Shown: piece by piece, positions 1 through 8,238 of the stretch
Numbering within the stretch: the first letter of the stretch is position 1
How the letters are laid out: the number at the start of each line of letters is the position of its first letter
DNA from: a virus
Strand: one strand, 5' to 3'
Length of the DNA stretch: 64,000 nucleotides
Virus genome (UHGV): UHGV-0033546
Notes under the pieces: model-generated
What the model saw: the letters and a program-made list of their open reading frames with translations, nothing else
Databases searched by the model: none
Told to the model about the DNA's origin: nothing
Made by a program: the position numbers and the translations under genes

Positions 1-145
1 AGGCTTCAATGATGAACTTAGTAAGAGTAGTCTTACCAGTACCAGCAGGTCCATTAATAGTTACATGATGTTTCTTTTCTTTAATAGCCCTCATAACGAT
101 GTTAAAGGCATTTTTCTGGCCTTCTGTCAAATCATCAAATGTCAT
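1..145 (-). CDS. dda: DNA helicase Dda, N-terminal fragment (continues beyond window start)
   Basis: ATG at 145 reads MTFDDLTEGQKNAFNIVM...HHVTINGPAGTGKTT (Walker A); frame open to window edge. Confidence 0.85.
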   Translation of the reverse strand, partial: MTFDDLTEGQKNAFNIVMRAIKEKKHHVTINGPAGTGKTTLTKFIIEA

Positions 146-453
146 CGTAAATTCCCTGCAATTGGTATACTAACAATACGCCCAGTATCTAAAATTCGCC
201 GATATAATCTTTGTGTGTCTACATCAGGCTTAACATGTTTAACTTCTATTTTATTAAACCAAAACTTGCGTGGAGTCTCAACTAATCTCGGAATTCCCAT
301 ACCTAAAGCTAGTCGATACTGATCTTTAAGAGTTGTAAATACTTTATCAGCAATCTCCCTTTCAAAAAATACAGCAGGACGATGTTCATCAAGCGGAACT
401 GGCACCGCAAATCCATCTTTATCTCTATACACTATCGCATATACATAAACCAT
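142..453 (-). CDS. hypothetical protein (dda.1 position)
   Basis: 103-aa ORF(-), stop overlaps dda start; no motif recognised. Confidence 0.55.
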   Translation of the reverse strand: MVYVYAIVYRDKDGFAVPVPLDEHRPAVFFEREIADKVFTTLKDQYRLALGMGIPRLVETPRKFWFNKIEVKHVKPDVDTQRLYRRILDTGRIVSIPIAGNLR

Positions 454-454
454 A

Positions 455-1210
455 TTATCCTCGGATAAGTTTAAAAATTGAACAATTTAGCGGGTATCCT
501 CTTTTCAGTTTAAGTTTATCAATGAAAGATAAGTTTTGATACCGCTCTACACCTTGAATAATTTTATCACACATATCATATTGCATTTCTGCTTCTGACA
601 ACTTTTTCACAGTTTTCCAATCAGAGCCTTTAAGAAGAACGTTCAGTTTAACAATTTCAGCGCCTTCTGCTATGCGAGAACCGTCAATACGTGCTTTAAG
701 TGTTATAATCCTTAGCTTAATGTCAGAGGTCTGTTTTGATTTAGAAAGCTGAGAAATGTGTTCAATTCGGTTTTCACGTTTTTTCTGTATAGCTTTAATT
801 TGATTATAAGTCTTTTTGATTTTAGCCCATTTCTTTTCATCTAAATTTAGTTTATGAACTTTTTTCGCAGATGAACGACCAATTCGCAAAGCAAATAAAT
901 CACGCTTTTCAATCAACTCTTCTAAAGTATAATCAGAACGAAATGTATTATACTTTTTCTTTACTGCAATAACATTCCCTTTAATGTATCCAACGTTATT
1001 ATCAAAACGTTCTAATGATAATTTCTCGCCTTCAATACGATTATCAAAAGGTTCTCCCGAGTAAGCACAAACTTTTTGATTTAAAATGTTCTTAATGTAA
1101 TTGAAGTCTAAGTTAAAATCTTTAGAACGTCTTTTTGCAGATGCCTGAGTATGCTCTAAGCGACGTTTAATTTTACGAATTTGATTATTAGACATATTAT
1201 GCAGTTTCAT
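455..1210 (-). CDS. Srd-like early protein (assigned by position between dda.1 and modA)
   Basis: 251-aa basic ORF(-); T4 gene order dda-dda.1-srd-modA-modB; identity not verified. Confidence 0.45.
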   Translation of the reverse strand: MKLHNMSNNQIRKIKRRLEHTQASAKRRSKDFNLDFNYIKNILNQKVCAYSGEPFDNRIEGEKLSLERFDNNVGYIKGNVIAVKKKYNTFRSDYTLEELIEKRDLFALRIGRSSAKKVHKLNLDEKKWAKIKKTYNQIKAIQKKRENRIEHISQLSKSKQTSDIKLRIITLKARIDGSRIAEGAEIVKLNVLLKGSDWKTVKKLSEAEMQYDMCDKIIQGVERYQNLSFIDKLKLKRGYPLNCSIFKLIRG

Positions 1211-1246
1211 ATTTTTCTCACATCTTACGGACGGTTAACTACTTAT

Positions 1247-1276
1247 ACTATAACATTTTTACCTTAGCTTGTAAAC
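1247..1276 (-). promoter_or_regulatory. T4-type early promoter
   Basis: minus strand GTTTACA -35, 18-nt spacer, TATAGT -10, between modA and srd-like gene. Confidence 0.55.
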
Positions 1277-1333
1277 AACTTTATGTAAAAATGCTTTAAA
1301 ACTTTCGTGGTATAATGAATCTAAGTCCTTCCA

Positions 1334-1936
1334 TTATAGATTAAATCCTTCAAAATCAAGAGTATAGATAGTGTATGTTGAATACTTTTTATACTCATAT
1401 CTATCTGCAATTCTAAATACACTTCCAGCTGGTATCATTACTTCTTGTTCATCTGAAACTAATTCCATATTACGATAGCGATGGCTATCCGGAAACTTAA
1501 AGCTTGGATTGTATTCTTTACAGCGTAGAGCTTTTATAGCATACTCCTGGAAATTAAATACCATAGGAGCTTTGAATTCAAAAATAATTTGTGTATTGTA
1601 TTCTAATCCAGAAGCAAAATGTAGAGCTATATTTTTATCATATGAAGCTGATACTACTTTATCAAATGTAATAATATCAATTCCTTGATTTAACACTTGT
1701 TTAGTCTCGACTGGAACACCTCTCCAAAGAGGTTTATCGTTTGGTTCCAAACGAGATTTGATTATTTCATTTAACCAAGTGTGGTCATCTGGCTTATTAG
1801 TAATACAATGAATTAAAAGTTCAATTTCGGATAAATTAAACCCTTCAGAAAGTAATTCTTCACGAATAGAAGCACGCACCGATGCATCCATTGATTTGAT
1901 TTTAAAATCATTTAATTGCATTGCTGAATATTTCAT
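1334..1936 (-). CDS. modA: ADP-ribosyltransferase ModA-like
   Basis: 200 aa; R (WRGVP), SxS (SAS) and catalytic-Glu (EQEVMIP) ART motifs; position. Confidence 0.6.
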   Translation of the reverse strand: MKYSAMQLNDFKIKSMDASVRASIREELLSEGFNLSEIELLIHCITNKPDDHTWLNEIIKSRLEPNDKPLWRGVPVETKQVLNQGIDIITFDKVVSASYDKNIALHFASGLEYNTQIIFEFKAPMVFNFQEYAIKALRCKEYNPSFKFPDSHRYRNMELVSDEQEVMIPAGSVFRIADRYEYKKYSTYTIYTLDFEGFNL

Positions 1937-2568
1937 TCAACTACCTCAATATCATAAACTCTAAATGTTCCAAATGAATCGTGTAATTTTTCTTTTGAAA
2001 TAGAAGTTATTTTATACTTTCCAATTGGAACCATCCATTCTTGTTCATGTACAATCATCATTAAGTTATCAGTACGTTCTGAATCTAATCCATCAGTATC
2101 TTCATATGTATACTTGAACTCAGTATTTGGAGAAGAAAGTATAATATCGCTGATATGGTCAGAGTAATTAAAAGCTTTATCAGTTTTTAAGCGAAATATT
2201 ATTTCAGTGAAATATTCAGCATAAGAAAAAGAGCATGCTGTATGCAAACTAGTAGTAAATGAATCTACTCTATTCGTTGAAAACACTTCTCCAACTTGCA
2301 AATCTTTAATGAGTTCTTTTGTCGATTTTGATATACCACGATATAGCTGATAAGGTGATTTAGTTAAATGCTTTTTAACGATTTTATTCAACTGCCGATG
2401 AAGAGCTTCATTCTTTTTGGCTTCCATACATTGCCAAAGAATTGACTGTTCAAAGTCAGTAAATTTTTCACAGACCTTTTTATACATATCATATTGAAAA
2501 TCGACGCTTTCAGCTTTTATAGATAACTGTTCAACATCTGCAGGATTAATAATCATGATAGCCTCCAT
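1933..2568 (-). CDS. modB: ADP-ribosyltransferase ModB-like
   Basis: 211 aa paralog of adjacent ART: YRGIS, STN, EQEWMVP motifs. Confidence 0.6.
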   Translation of the reverse strand: MEAIMIINPADVEQLSIKAESVDFQYDMYKKVCEKFTDFEQSILWQCMEAKKNEALHRQLNKIVKKHLTKSPYQLYRGISKSTKELIKDLQVGEVFSTNRVDSFTTSLHTACSFSYAEYFTEIIFRLKTDKAFNYSDHISDIILSSPNTEFKYTYEDTDGLDSERTDNLMMIVHEQEWMVPIGKYKITSISKEKLHDSFGTFRVYDIEVVE

Positions 2569-2623
2569 ATACTTCAGAAGCTATCATATCATCGTTAGGA
2601 AGGAAAGTAAACAACTTTTTGAA

Positions 2624-2806
2624 TTATTTTGCCCAGGGAGCCCAGGGCGGAGGGTCAAGATGGTATGAAGCTAGTTCTTCTAGAAGAGCATCTGGGGCTT
2701 CAATTCCATAATTCTGTAATACTATACGGTACTCTTTCTTATAATCACTAGAATCATTCTGGATATTCGTAGAATGATTATCTTCTAACATCTCAAATAA
2801 ATCCAT
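2624..2806 (-). CDS. hypothetical protein
   Basis: 60-aa acidic ORF(-). Confidence 0.45.
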   Translation of the reverse strand: MDLFEMLEDNHSTNIQNDSSDYKKEYRIVLQNYGIEAPDALLEELASYHLDPPPWAPWAK

Positions 2807-2814
2807 ATTAATTC

Positions 2815-3285
2815 CTAGCGATAAAAACCAAAATGACGATTAGCTTCAACAATCTTTCTTTCTTCTTCGGACATTCTCCAACGTAGTCCAACATCAAAAT
2901 GAGCCCAGACCATCTTAACAAATGCATTTATATCTTTAATATCTTCAATAATGAATGTTTTACTTTTAGAAGGCTGACTCACTAATTTAACTTTATCATC
3001 TTCAAACAAGTCAAAAAGACCGTATTCATGAGCTCTTTTATATCCTTTAATAGTTAAAGCTTCGGAAGAAGAAAACGGTGAATCCGTATTATGCAAAATA
3101 TCTTCAGTATGCTTTATAATTAGAATAACATTTTCTGGATATTTTCTTTCTTTTATATCTTTAATTAAAATATCCGGATTTTCTGCTAAAGGAATAATTA
3201 ATGAGCAATTTTTATCGAGCGTATTTACTGATTTACCTTCTTTAGACATAAATTCTATTGAATAGTGTTTTGCTACTTCAATCAT
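2815..3285 (-). CDS. hypothetical protein
   Basis: 156-aa ORF(-); start overlaps stop of upstream small ORF (ATGATTGA). Confidence 0.55.
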   Translation of the reverse strand: MIEVAKHYSIEFMSKEGKSVNTLDKNCSLIIPLAENPDILIKDIKERKYPENVILIIKHTEDILHNTDSPFSSSEALTIKGYKRAHEYGLFDLFEDDKVKLVSQPSKSKTFIIEDIKDINAFVKMVWAHFDVGLRWRMSEEERKIVEANRHFGFYR

Positions 3286-3442
3286 GTGATTTCCTCTTGC
3301 CTACTAATGGACCATCAGGAATTTTGTTTTCCTGGATATACTTCTCATTTTCTTCCATCATTTTACTACCGATTTTAAGAAGCAAATCTAACGCTTCATT
3401 TGCCTTAGCCTTAGCCTCTTCTAACGTCATATTCTTGTTCAT
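3278..3442 (-). CDS. hypothetical small protein (54 aa), translationally coupled
   Basis: ATG 3442 overlaps upstream stop (ATGA); own stop overlaps downstream ATG; [13 protein letters not shown]... Confidence 0.4.
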   Translation of the reverse strand: MNKNMTLEEAKAKANEALDLLLKIGSKMMEENEKYIQENKIPDGPLVGKRKSHD

Positions 3443-3642
3443 GATTTATCCCCATAGATGTCTCTCATCAATTTAAGTGCTGAGCGCTCTAATTTCTTTT
3501 CTTTCTCAGCGCTAATCATTGATTTCATCCATTCTTCTGATTCGTTCTGCATTTCTTTATTTGCTTGTTCAACCCAATCATCATCAATATACATTGAGTT
3601 TGGTCTATTGAACCATTCAAGCATTTTCTTCAGAACTTTCAT
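3439..3642 (-). CDS. hypothetical protein
   Basis: 67-aa ORF(-). Confidence 0.5.
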   Translation of the reverse strand: MKVLKKMLEWFNRPNSMYIDDDWVEQANKEMQNESEEWMKSMISAEKEKKLERSALKLMRDIYGDKS

Positions 3643-4114
3643 TTGTTTTACCTAAAACGATAGTATGGACACCGTCAAATTCATGAATTTTTAGCAATTT
3701 TGGATTTAAATTATTCCATAAAGAGGTAATAAAATATGATAGCGCATTTTCTTCTGTAATTATAAATTTATTTCCTTTATCTATTTTCCAGTCATATATT
3801 GAATCATATGAATATAACGGCAATGGTTTATTGTTATAATATGATTCAGCAACATCAATATAGTTAGATTTAGTAAATGCTTGAATTGACATAAATGGAG
3901 AATTTCGTACAGTTTCAATAATTCCGATCTTTTTAAGTTTTATTTCAACATCTTCTGGAACTGGCATTGAAATAAAATCTTCTACTAGATACATGCTATT
4001 ATCATATCTTTTATCAATCATTACTGCTACTGTAATTGGAATATCTTTAGCAAACGCCATGCTATCACTACTAATATACATTTCAAACAAAATCGCTTCC
4101 ATAATTTTCCTCAA
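3617..4114 (-). CDS. hypothetical protein
   Basis: 165-aa ORF(-). Confidence 0.55.
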   Translation of the reverse strand: MRKIMEAILFEMYISSDSMAFAKDIPITVAVMIDKRYDNSMYLVEDFISMPVPEDVEIKLKKIGIIETVRNSPFMSIQAFTKSNYIDVAESYYNNKPLPLYSYDSIYDWKIDKGNKFIITEENALSYFITSLWNNLNPKLLKIHEFDGVHTIVLGKTNESSEENA

Positions 4115-4449
4115 TCACAAGATGTAGATGAACAACTAGAATCACAAGAACTTCCACACGAATCGCCCGTCCATACATGAACAGGAACATTAGTGTCATA
4201 TGAATCAGAACTAGACTGTGTATTCTGCGTATTAGATGATGTAGGTGTTGACCAGCGCCAAGGATTTTTATAATATTCTTGGGCTTCTTCATAAGTCATA
4301 GTAACTGCTTCTACTGTTCCATCTCCCATATAAACATATTCAACTACAGTTAAAGGAAGGTAGTCATTTGAAATAGGAACTACACCTTCTCCGGGAGTTG
4401 TAGAGAAAAAATCCGTAAAGAAACTTTTAAACCAATTAAAGATAAACAT
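4111..4449 (-). CDS. hypothetical protein, hydrophobic N-terminus and Ser/Cys-rich C-terminus
   Basis: 112 aa; C-terminal [15 protein letters not shown]. Confidence 0.5.
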   Translation of the reverse strand: MFIFNWFKSFFTDFFSTTPGEGVVPISNDYLPLTVVEYVYMGDGTVEAVTMTYEEAQEYYKNPWRWSTPTSSNTQNTQSSSDSYDTNVPVHVWTGDSCGSSCDSSCSSTSCD

Positions 4450-4655
4450 TACAAAAAGCCTCTCTTGAATTCAACTTGCTTCTCGCCATAATCATGTCGA
4501 ATCTCTGCATTAAATTCGACAGAACCATCTGCATACATCATAAATGAATGCACAACAACTTCTGTAGACCATGGCTGTAGTTCATATTTTTTCATTACAT
4601 GCCGTGAAATGATAATATCTAAATCTTCATTTGGTTTAATCCAACGATTTAACAT
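4449..4655 (-). CDS. hypothetical protein
   Basis: 68-aa ORF(-) immediately downstream of early promoter. Confidence 0.5.
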   Translation of the reverse strand: MLNRWIKPNEDLDIIISRHVMKKYELQPWSTEVVVHSFMMYADGSVEFNAEIRHDYGEKQVEFKRGFL

Positions 4656-4681
4656 AGTGCTCTCCTCTATAAGATAATTCT

Positions 4682-4711
4682 ATTATACCATACTCATTTT
4701 GGAAAGTAAAC
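4682..4711 (-). promoter_or_regulatory. T4-type early promoter
   Basis: minus strand GTTTACT, 17-nt spacer, TGG-TATAAT. Confidence 0.6.
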
Positions 4712-4721
4712 CGGTAAAATG

Positions 4722-4747
4722 AAAAAAAGGACTCCCGAGGGAGTCCT
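4722..4747 (-). terminator. intrinsic terminator after soc
   Basis: GGACTCCC..GGGAGTCC hairpin followed by T7 run on minus strand. Confidence 0.6.
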
Positions 4748-4753
4748 TAAATT

Positions 4754-4990
4754 TTAACCACCTATTTCTGTAGGTGTAAACATTGCAGCATTTTTAGTTT
4801 TCCAAGTTGCTGCATCAGAAACTACGGTAGAATATGCTGCCTTTTCAGAAGGAAAGGTCTGATAATGAGAATCTGCAATACGGTGTTCATTTGAATATAC
4901 ATCAAATGCTACAGAAACTTCCATACCTTTAACTTCTTTGCCTTCACCTGCCGGATGAGTAAAGGTCTTGATGTTAACGAAACCACCCAT
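4754..4990 (-). CDS. soc: small outer capsid protein Soc
   Basis: 78 aa; VNIKTF...SHYQTFPSEKAAYSTV matches recalled T4 Soc; late promoter upstream. Confidence 0.8.
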   Translation of the reverse strand: MGGFVNIKTFTHPAGEGKEVKGMEVSVAFDVYSNEHRIADSHYQTFPSEKAAYSTVVSDAATWKTKNAAMFTPTEIGG

Positions 4991-5021
4991 AATAAACTCC
5001 TTTATTGTTTAATTACAGGTG

Positions 5022-5029
5022 TATTTATA
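5022..5029 (-). promoter_or_regulatory. late promoter TATAAATA (soc)
   Basis: exact TATAAATA on minus strand about 30 nt upstream of soc ATG. Confidence 0.6.
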
Positions 5030-5032
5030 TCA

Positions 5033-5551
5033 TTAATAACCTCTGTCTTGACGTGCGAAATTTTCTGCATTTTTCAGATAATAAAGTTTAAAGATTTCTT
5101 CAGCAGTAAGACCAAGACCTTGAAACATATTCAGAACGAAATGAAGAATATCAATCATTTCAAATTTAATTTCCAACTGGTCTTGCGGAGACAAATCAGT
5201 AATCAGAGTTTCACGGCGTTCACCATGTTGCGACTTCCAAGGTTTCCATACAGCAGATGCATCTTTTTCGCCATTGCTCATACCACCAAGAGAAGTCAGA
5301 AGTTCACGGAATTCATCATCAATATAGTCTTTCTGATTACGTAGCCAATCAACAACTTCACCGGCAGTAGCCAAATCATCAGGATGACGGTTATATTCAG
5401 GTTTATCTTTAGCTAAACGAACCTGTAAAGATTTCTGCATATCAAGCATAACCTGCAGCGGGTCTTTTTCATCACCGAGAATATCCCAGTATTCATTTTG
5501 AGCTTTATCAGCGCCTTCGATCAGTTGTGAACATTCGTTAAAGTATGCCAT
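5033..5551 (-). CDS. 56: dCTPase/dCTP pyrophosphatase gp56
   Basis: start re-assigned to internal ATG 5551 (MAYFNEC..., AAGGA SD); strong match to recalled T4 gp56. Confidence 0.85.
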   Translation of the reverse strand: MAYFNECSQLIEGADKAQNEYWDILGDEKDPLQVMLDMQKSLQVRLAKDKPEYNRHPDDLATAGEVVDWLRNQKDYIDDEFRELLTSLGGMSNGEKDASAVWKPWKSQHGERRETLITDLSPQDQLEIKFEMIDILHFVLNMFQGLGLTAEEIFKLYYLKNAENFARQDRGY

Positions 5552-5585
5552 TATTTTTCCTTTCAATTCATGGGTTAGTAGATTA

Positions 5586-5609
5586 ATTATACAATAAATA
5601 TATAAAGCA
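5586..5609 (-). promoter_or_regulatory. MotA-dependent middle promoter upstream of gene 56
   Basis: minus strand TGCTTTA (MotA box), 11 nt, TATAAT. Confidence 0.5.
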
Positions 5610-5622
5610 ATAAGGAGGACAT

Positions 5623-5823
5623 ATGGTACAAAAATTAATGGCACTTGTCAATGCCATAAAAGGTAATAAAAAGCGTATAGCTTTTACTATTTCTGCTATG
5701 GTAGGAATTTTACTCTGGAACTTTATTTTATCGCCAATTGCTATTGCTCATGGCGTCAATATTCCAGTAGTTACTCTTGATACATTCGTAGATTTAGCAT
5801 TTGCTTTAGTTGGGCTAATTTAA
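5623..5823 (+). CDS. hypothetical small membrane protein on opposite strand (66 aa)
   Basis: plus ORF in 56-61 intergenic gap; AAGGAGG 4 nt before ATG; two hydrophobic segments; SD overlaps minus promoter, so could be fortuitous. Confidence 0.3.
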   Translation: MVQKLMALVNAIKGNKKRIAFTISAMVGILLWNFILSPIAIAHGVNIPVVTLDTFVDLAFALVGLI

Positions 5824-6848
5824 ATTTTGGCATATTTAGATAGCCGCATTTTAGCCATTAACCCCTGGGCAATATTATTTTTCATATATTCCATAATTTG
5901 TTCAGGGGTTGCACCTTCCTTTCTAATCATATCATTAACATCTTTTGATTTCCAGGGAGATTTATCCCAGAACATAACCCTTTCTCCTGCATTGACTAAT
6001 TTAGTCATTCGCTTAATAGTGTCAGGATGACGAGGTTCATTATCTAAGACCCACACACGTCTATCTTTAAATGGAACAATTTCTAGGTCTAATTGACCAC
6101 CCGTAATAGCTATACCATTTTCAATAAAAAGTGAATCTATAGGTCCTTCTAGAACATATACATCACCATCTTTAACTCGTTCGACTCCATATATTTTTGT
6201 TGCCTCAGGATAAGCTTTAATGGTGATATATTTTTGAGGAGCATCTTTCTTTAATGCACGTCCTTGAAAAGACTCAGCTTTTCCATTAGCATTATAAATT
6301 GGAATAACAAGACGAGGCTCAGAAATTTCCTTTTTGTATGTTCCTGGTGCTATACTATTAACCAATTTTGGCCATTCAGTTGTAAACCAAAGATATTTCC
6401 ATTTATCCTTTGGAATACAACGAGCTTTTACGTATTTTATAATTGGATGGTCTTCCGCCAGTTTATCTAATCTAACACATGACGGAAGAGATTTAATTAT
6501 TTTCTTCTCAGGCTGTTTAGGAAGTTCTTTAGGTTTTTCTACTGGACGACTTTTACCTTTTTCTTTTCTTATTTCAAAGATATACTCGCGATATAAATCA
6601 GGTTCAAACTCCTTTAAATATATTCCGATTGGTGCATGATAGTTACAGTTATAACAATGAATATTTCCTTCATTATTATCGCCATAATACCATCCACGGG
6701 CTTTATTTTGATCGGTTTTTGAATCTCCACAAACAGGGCATCTAAACCGCAATTTAAAAGTTGAACTATTATTTACTTGTGTGAATTTAGGTAAATGAGC
6801 CAATGCACGGTATGCAAACTCATTATCAATCCAAGGTATTGATGACAT
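5820..6848 (-). CDS. 61: DNA primase gp61
   Basis: 342 aa; zinc ribbon CPVCGDS...CYNCNYH; TOPRIM-like region. Confidence 0.9.
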   Translation of the reverse strand: MSSIPWIDNEFAYRALAHLPKFTQVNNSSTFKLRFRCPVCGDSKTDQNKARGWYYGDNNEGNIHCYNCNYHAPIGIYLKEFEPDLYREYIFEIRKEKGKSRPVEKPKELPKQPEKKIIKSLPSCVRLDKLAEDHPIIKYVKARCIPKDKWKYLWFTTEWPKLVNSIAPGTYKKEISEPRLVIPIYNANGKAESFQGRALKKDAPQKYITIKAYPEATKIYGVERVKDGDVYVLEGPIDSLFIENGIAITGGQLDLEIVPFKDRRVWVLDNEPRHPDTIKRMTKLVNAGERVMFWDKSPWKSKDVNDMIRKEGATPEQIMEYMKNNIAQGLMAKMRLSKYAKI

Positions 6849-6850
6849 TT

Positions 6851-7015
6851 TTACTCTTCTTTTTCTTTAGATTCCTCTTTTTTCTTTTTAGGAATCTGTT
6901 CAGGACCTTTATTTACTACAGCACCTGACGTTGTTCCAGTAGAGATATTTTCAGGATTACCACCTGAATCTCCAGCTACCATATCTTCTTTAATAAATTC
7001 TTTATATGTTTTCAT
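6851..7015 (-). CDS. hypothetical small protein (61.1 position) with capsid-targeting-like N-terminus
   Basis: 54 aa MKTYKEFIKEDMVAG...; ATG 1 nt after upstream stop; stop 2 nt before gene 61 ATG. Confidence 0.5.
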   Translation of the reverse strand: MKTYKEFIKEDMVAGDSGGNPENISTGTTSGAVVNKGPEQIPKKKKEESKEKEE

Positions 7016-7016
7016 A

Positions 7017-7373
7017 TTAACCTCTATTCATAAAAGCATTAAAAATTTGGTCATCAATCGATGGAATAGCAACTTTTTCTGCATCATTTAGCAAATCATT
7101 AATTTCATCAGATAGCATAACACATGTACCTTTATTTCCTGTAATTGTTACTGCACAATTACGAACGTTTTCTTTATCAAATTTTAGGTTAATATTTTCG
7201 TAGTGAAAATCCTTTAATGCCGAATATATTTTTAAAATGAAATTGTCTTTTACTACAATAAACCCAACCTCGCTATTAAAACGTGGTTCATGGAAGCTGT
7301 AATAAATCTTTTCATCTATGAAATCGTATGAAATTTTTTCCAATTTTAAATATGAAAATTCAGAACTATACAT
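7017..7373 (-). CDS. hypothetical protein (61.2 position; possible AdfA-like anti-DarT factor by position only)
   Basis: 118-aa ORF(-). Confidence 0.5.
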   Translation of the reverse strand: MYSSEFSYLKLEKISYDFIDEKIYYSFHEPRFNSEVGFIVVKDNFILKIYSALKDFHYENINLKFDKENVRNCAVTITGNKGTCVMLSDEINDLLNDAEKVAIPSIDDQIFNAFMNRG

Positions 7374-7385
7374 ACTAACCTCTAA

Positions 7386-7679
7386 TTATTCACCTACCAC
7401 TTCAGCGATGATATTTTTATTATTAAAGTTTTTATCGCAATACAGAACATAATTATATTGCATTACACCACCAGATTTAAGCTGTTTTTGCACTTCAGCT
7501 TTCATTTCAGGACGATCACGCTCAACGATATTCATAATATCTGCTTCAATTTGAGTTTCAACTTCAGTCTGATCCGCAGTCATAGACCATTCGCACAAAT
7601 CTTTATCATAACCTGCCATGGCAGGCTGAGCAGCACAAGAAGATAAAGCAAAAATTGCAGCAAAGATAAATTTTTTCAT
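7386..7679 (-). CDS. sp: periplasmic spackle protein Sp (superinfection exclusion)
   Basis: 97 aa with signal peptide MKKFIFAAIFALSSCAAQPAMA; size and position match T4 sp (61.3). Confidence 0.65.
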   Translation of the reverse strand: MKKFIFAAIFALSSCAAQPAMAGYDKDLCEWSMTADQTEVETQIEADIMNIVERDRPEMKAEVQKQLKSGGVMQYNYVLYCDKNFNNKNIIAEVVGE

Positions 7680-7705
7680 GATAATCTCCTCAGTAGTTTA
7701 TGTTT

Positions 7706-7735
7706 ATAGTATCTCAATTTCCTGCAAAAGTAAAC
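7706..7735 (-). promoter_or_regulatory. T4-type early promoter
   Basis: minus strand GTTTAC, 18 nt, TACTAT. Confidence 0.5.
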
Positions 7736-7737
7736 AG

Positions 7738-7995
7738 TTATTTTAAAACTTCTGCATAATCACATGTTACAAACTGTTTCTCTAACTTGACGATTTTACG
7801 AAAGTATCTTTTGCATTGGCGAATCTGTCGCTTCGTAGGGCGCACAGCAAACTTAATAAATTCCGCTCGACCAAATGGAGGGCTTTCTTCTGCCGGAATA
7901 TCTAATACTAATTCCCACGTATCTGCAATAAGTGCTTTGAATTGTGTATTTTTCCTGACGTTATACGGAGTAGGTTTAAATAAAACAATATGCAT
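7738..7995 (-). CDS. hypothetical protein (61.4 position; possible TifA-like by position only)
   Basis: 85 aa from ATG 7995 (GAGGA SD, 1 nt after dmd stop); longer ATG at 8037 lacks SD. Confidence 0.5.
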   Translation of the reverse strand: MHIVLFKPTPYNVRKNTQFKALIADTWELVLDIPAEESPPFGRAEFIKFAVRPTKRQIRQCKRYFRKIVKLEKQFVTCDYAEVLK

Positions 7996-7996
7996 A

Positions 7997-8179
7997 TTAT
8001 CCTCGGCAATCCACTTCACATACTTTCTTGCCATCAATGAAAGCTTTAACTAATGCTTTATTAACTTCAGCATATTGAGTAGTAGCCCATTGAACGTCAT
8101 CTTTCATCATTGTGATTTCTTTAGTAAACATGCTTTCGTTCTTAAACCACCCCATAAAAACTACCTTTACCAATTCCAT
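7997..8179 (-). CDS. dmd: Dmd-like antitoxin (discriminator of mRNA degradation)
   Basis: 60 aa MELVKVVFMGWF...; size and position next to gene 41 as T4 dmd (61.5). Confidence 0.6.
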   Translation of the reverse strand: MELVKVVFMGWFKNESMFTKEITMMKDDVQWATTQYAEVNKALVKAFIDGKKVCEVDCRG

Positions 8180-8208
8180 AACAATCTCCTCATTTAACCA
8201 ACAAGACT

Positions 8209-8238
8209 ACTATACCATAATCTTGTCAGCTTGTAAAC
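8209..8238 (-). promoter_or_regulatory. T4-type early promoter
   Basis: minus strand GTTTACA, 18 nt, TGG-TATAGT, overlapping 3' end of gene 41. Confidence 0.55.

Noticed and set aside
65-322. Plus-strand 85-aa ORF at the window start
   Set aside because: Lies antisense within the dda/dda.1 coding region; no ribosome-binding site; shadow ORF.
455-1210. Possibility that the 251-aa ORF is an HNH homing endonuclease rather than Srd
   Set aside because: It has a CxxxG...N-rich segment but lacks a clear HNH His-Asn-His arrangement; position and size fit T4 srd. Left as Srd-like with low confidence.
1307-1317. Plus-strand extended -10-like TGGTATAAT
   Set aside because: No GTTTAC-type -35 at the correct spacing and no downstream plus-strand gene.
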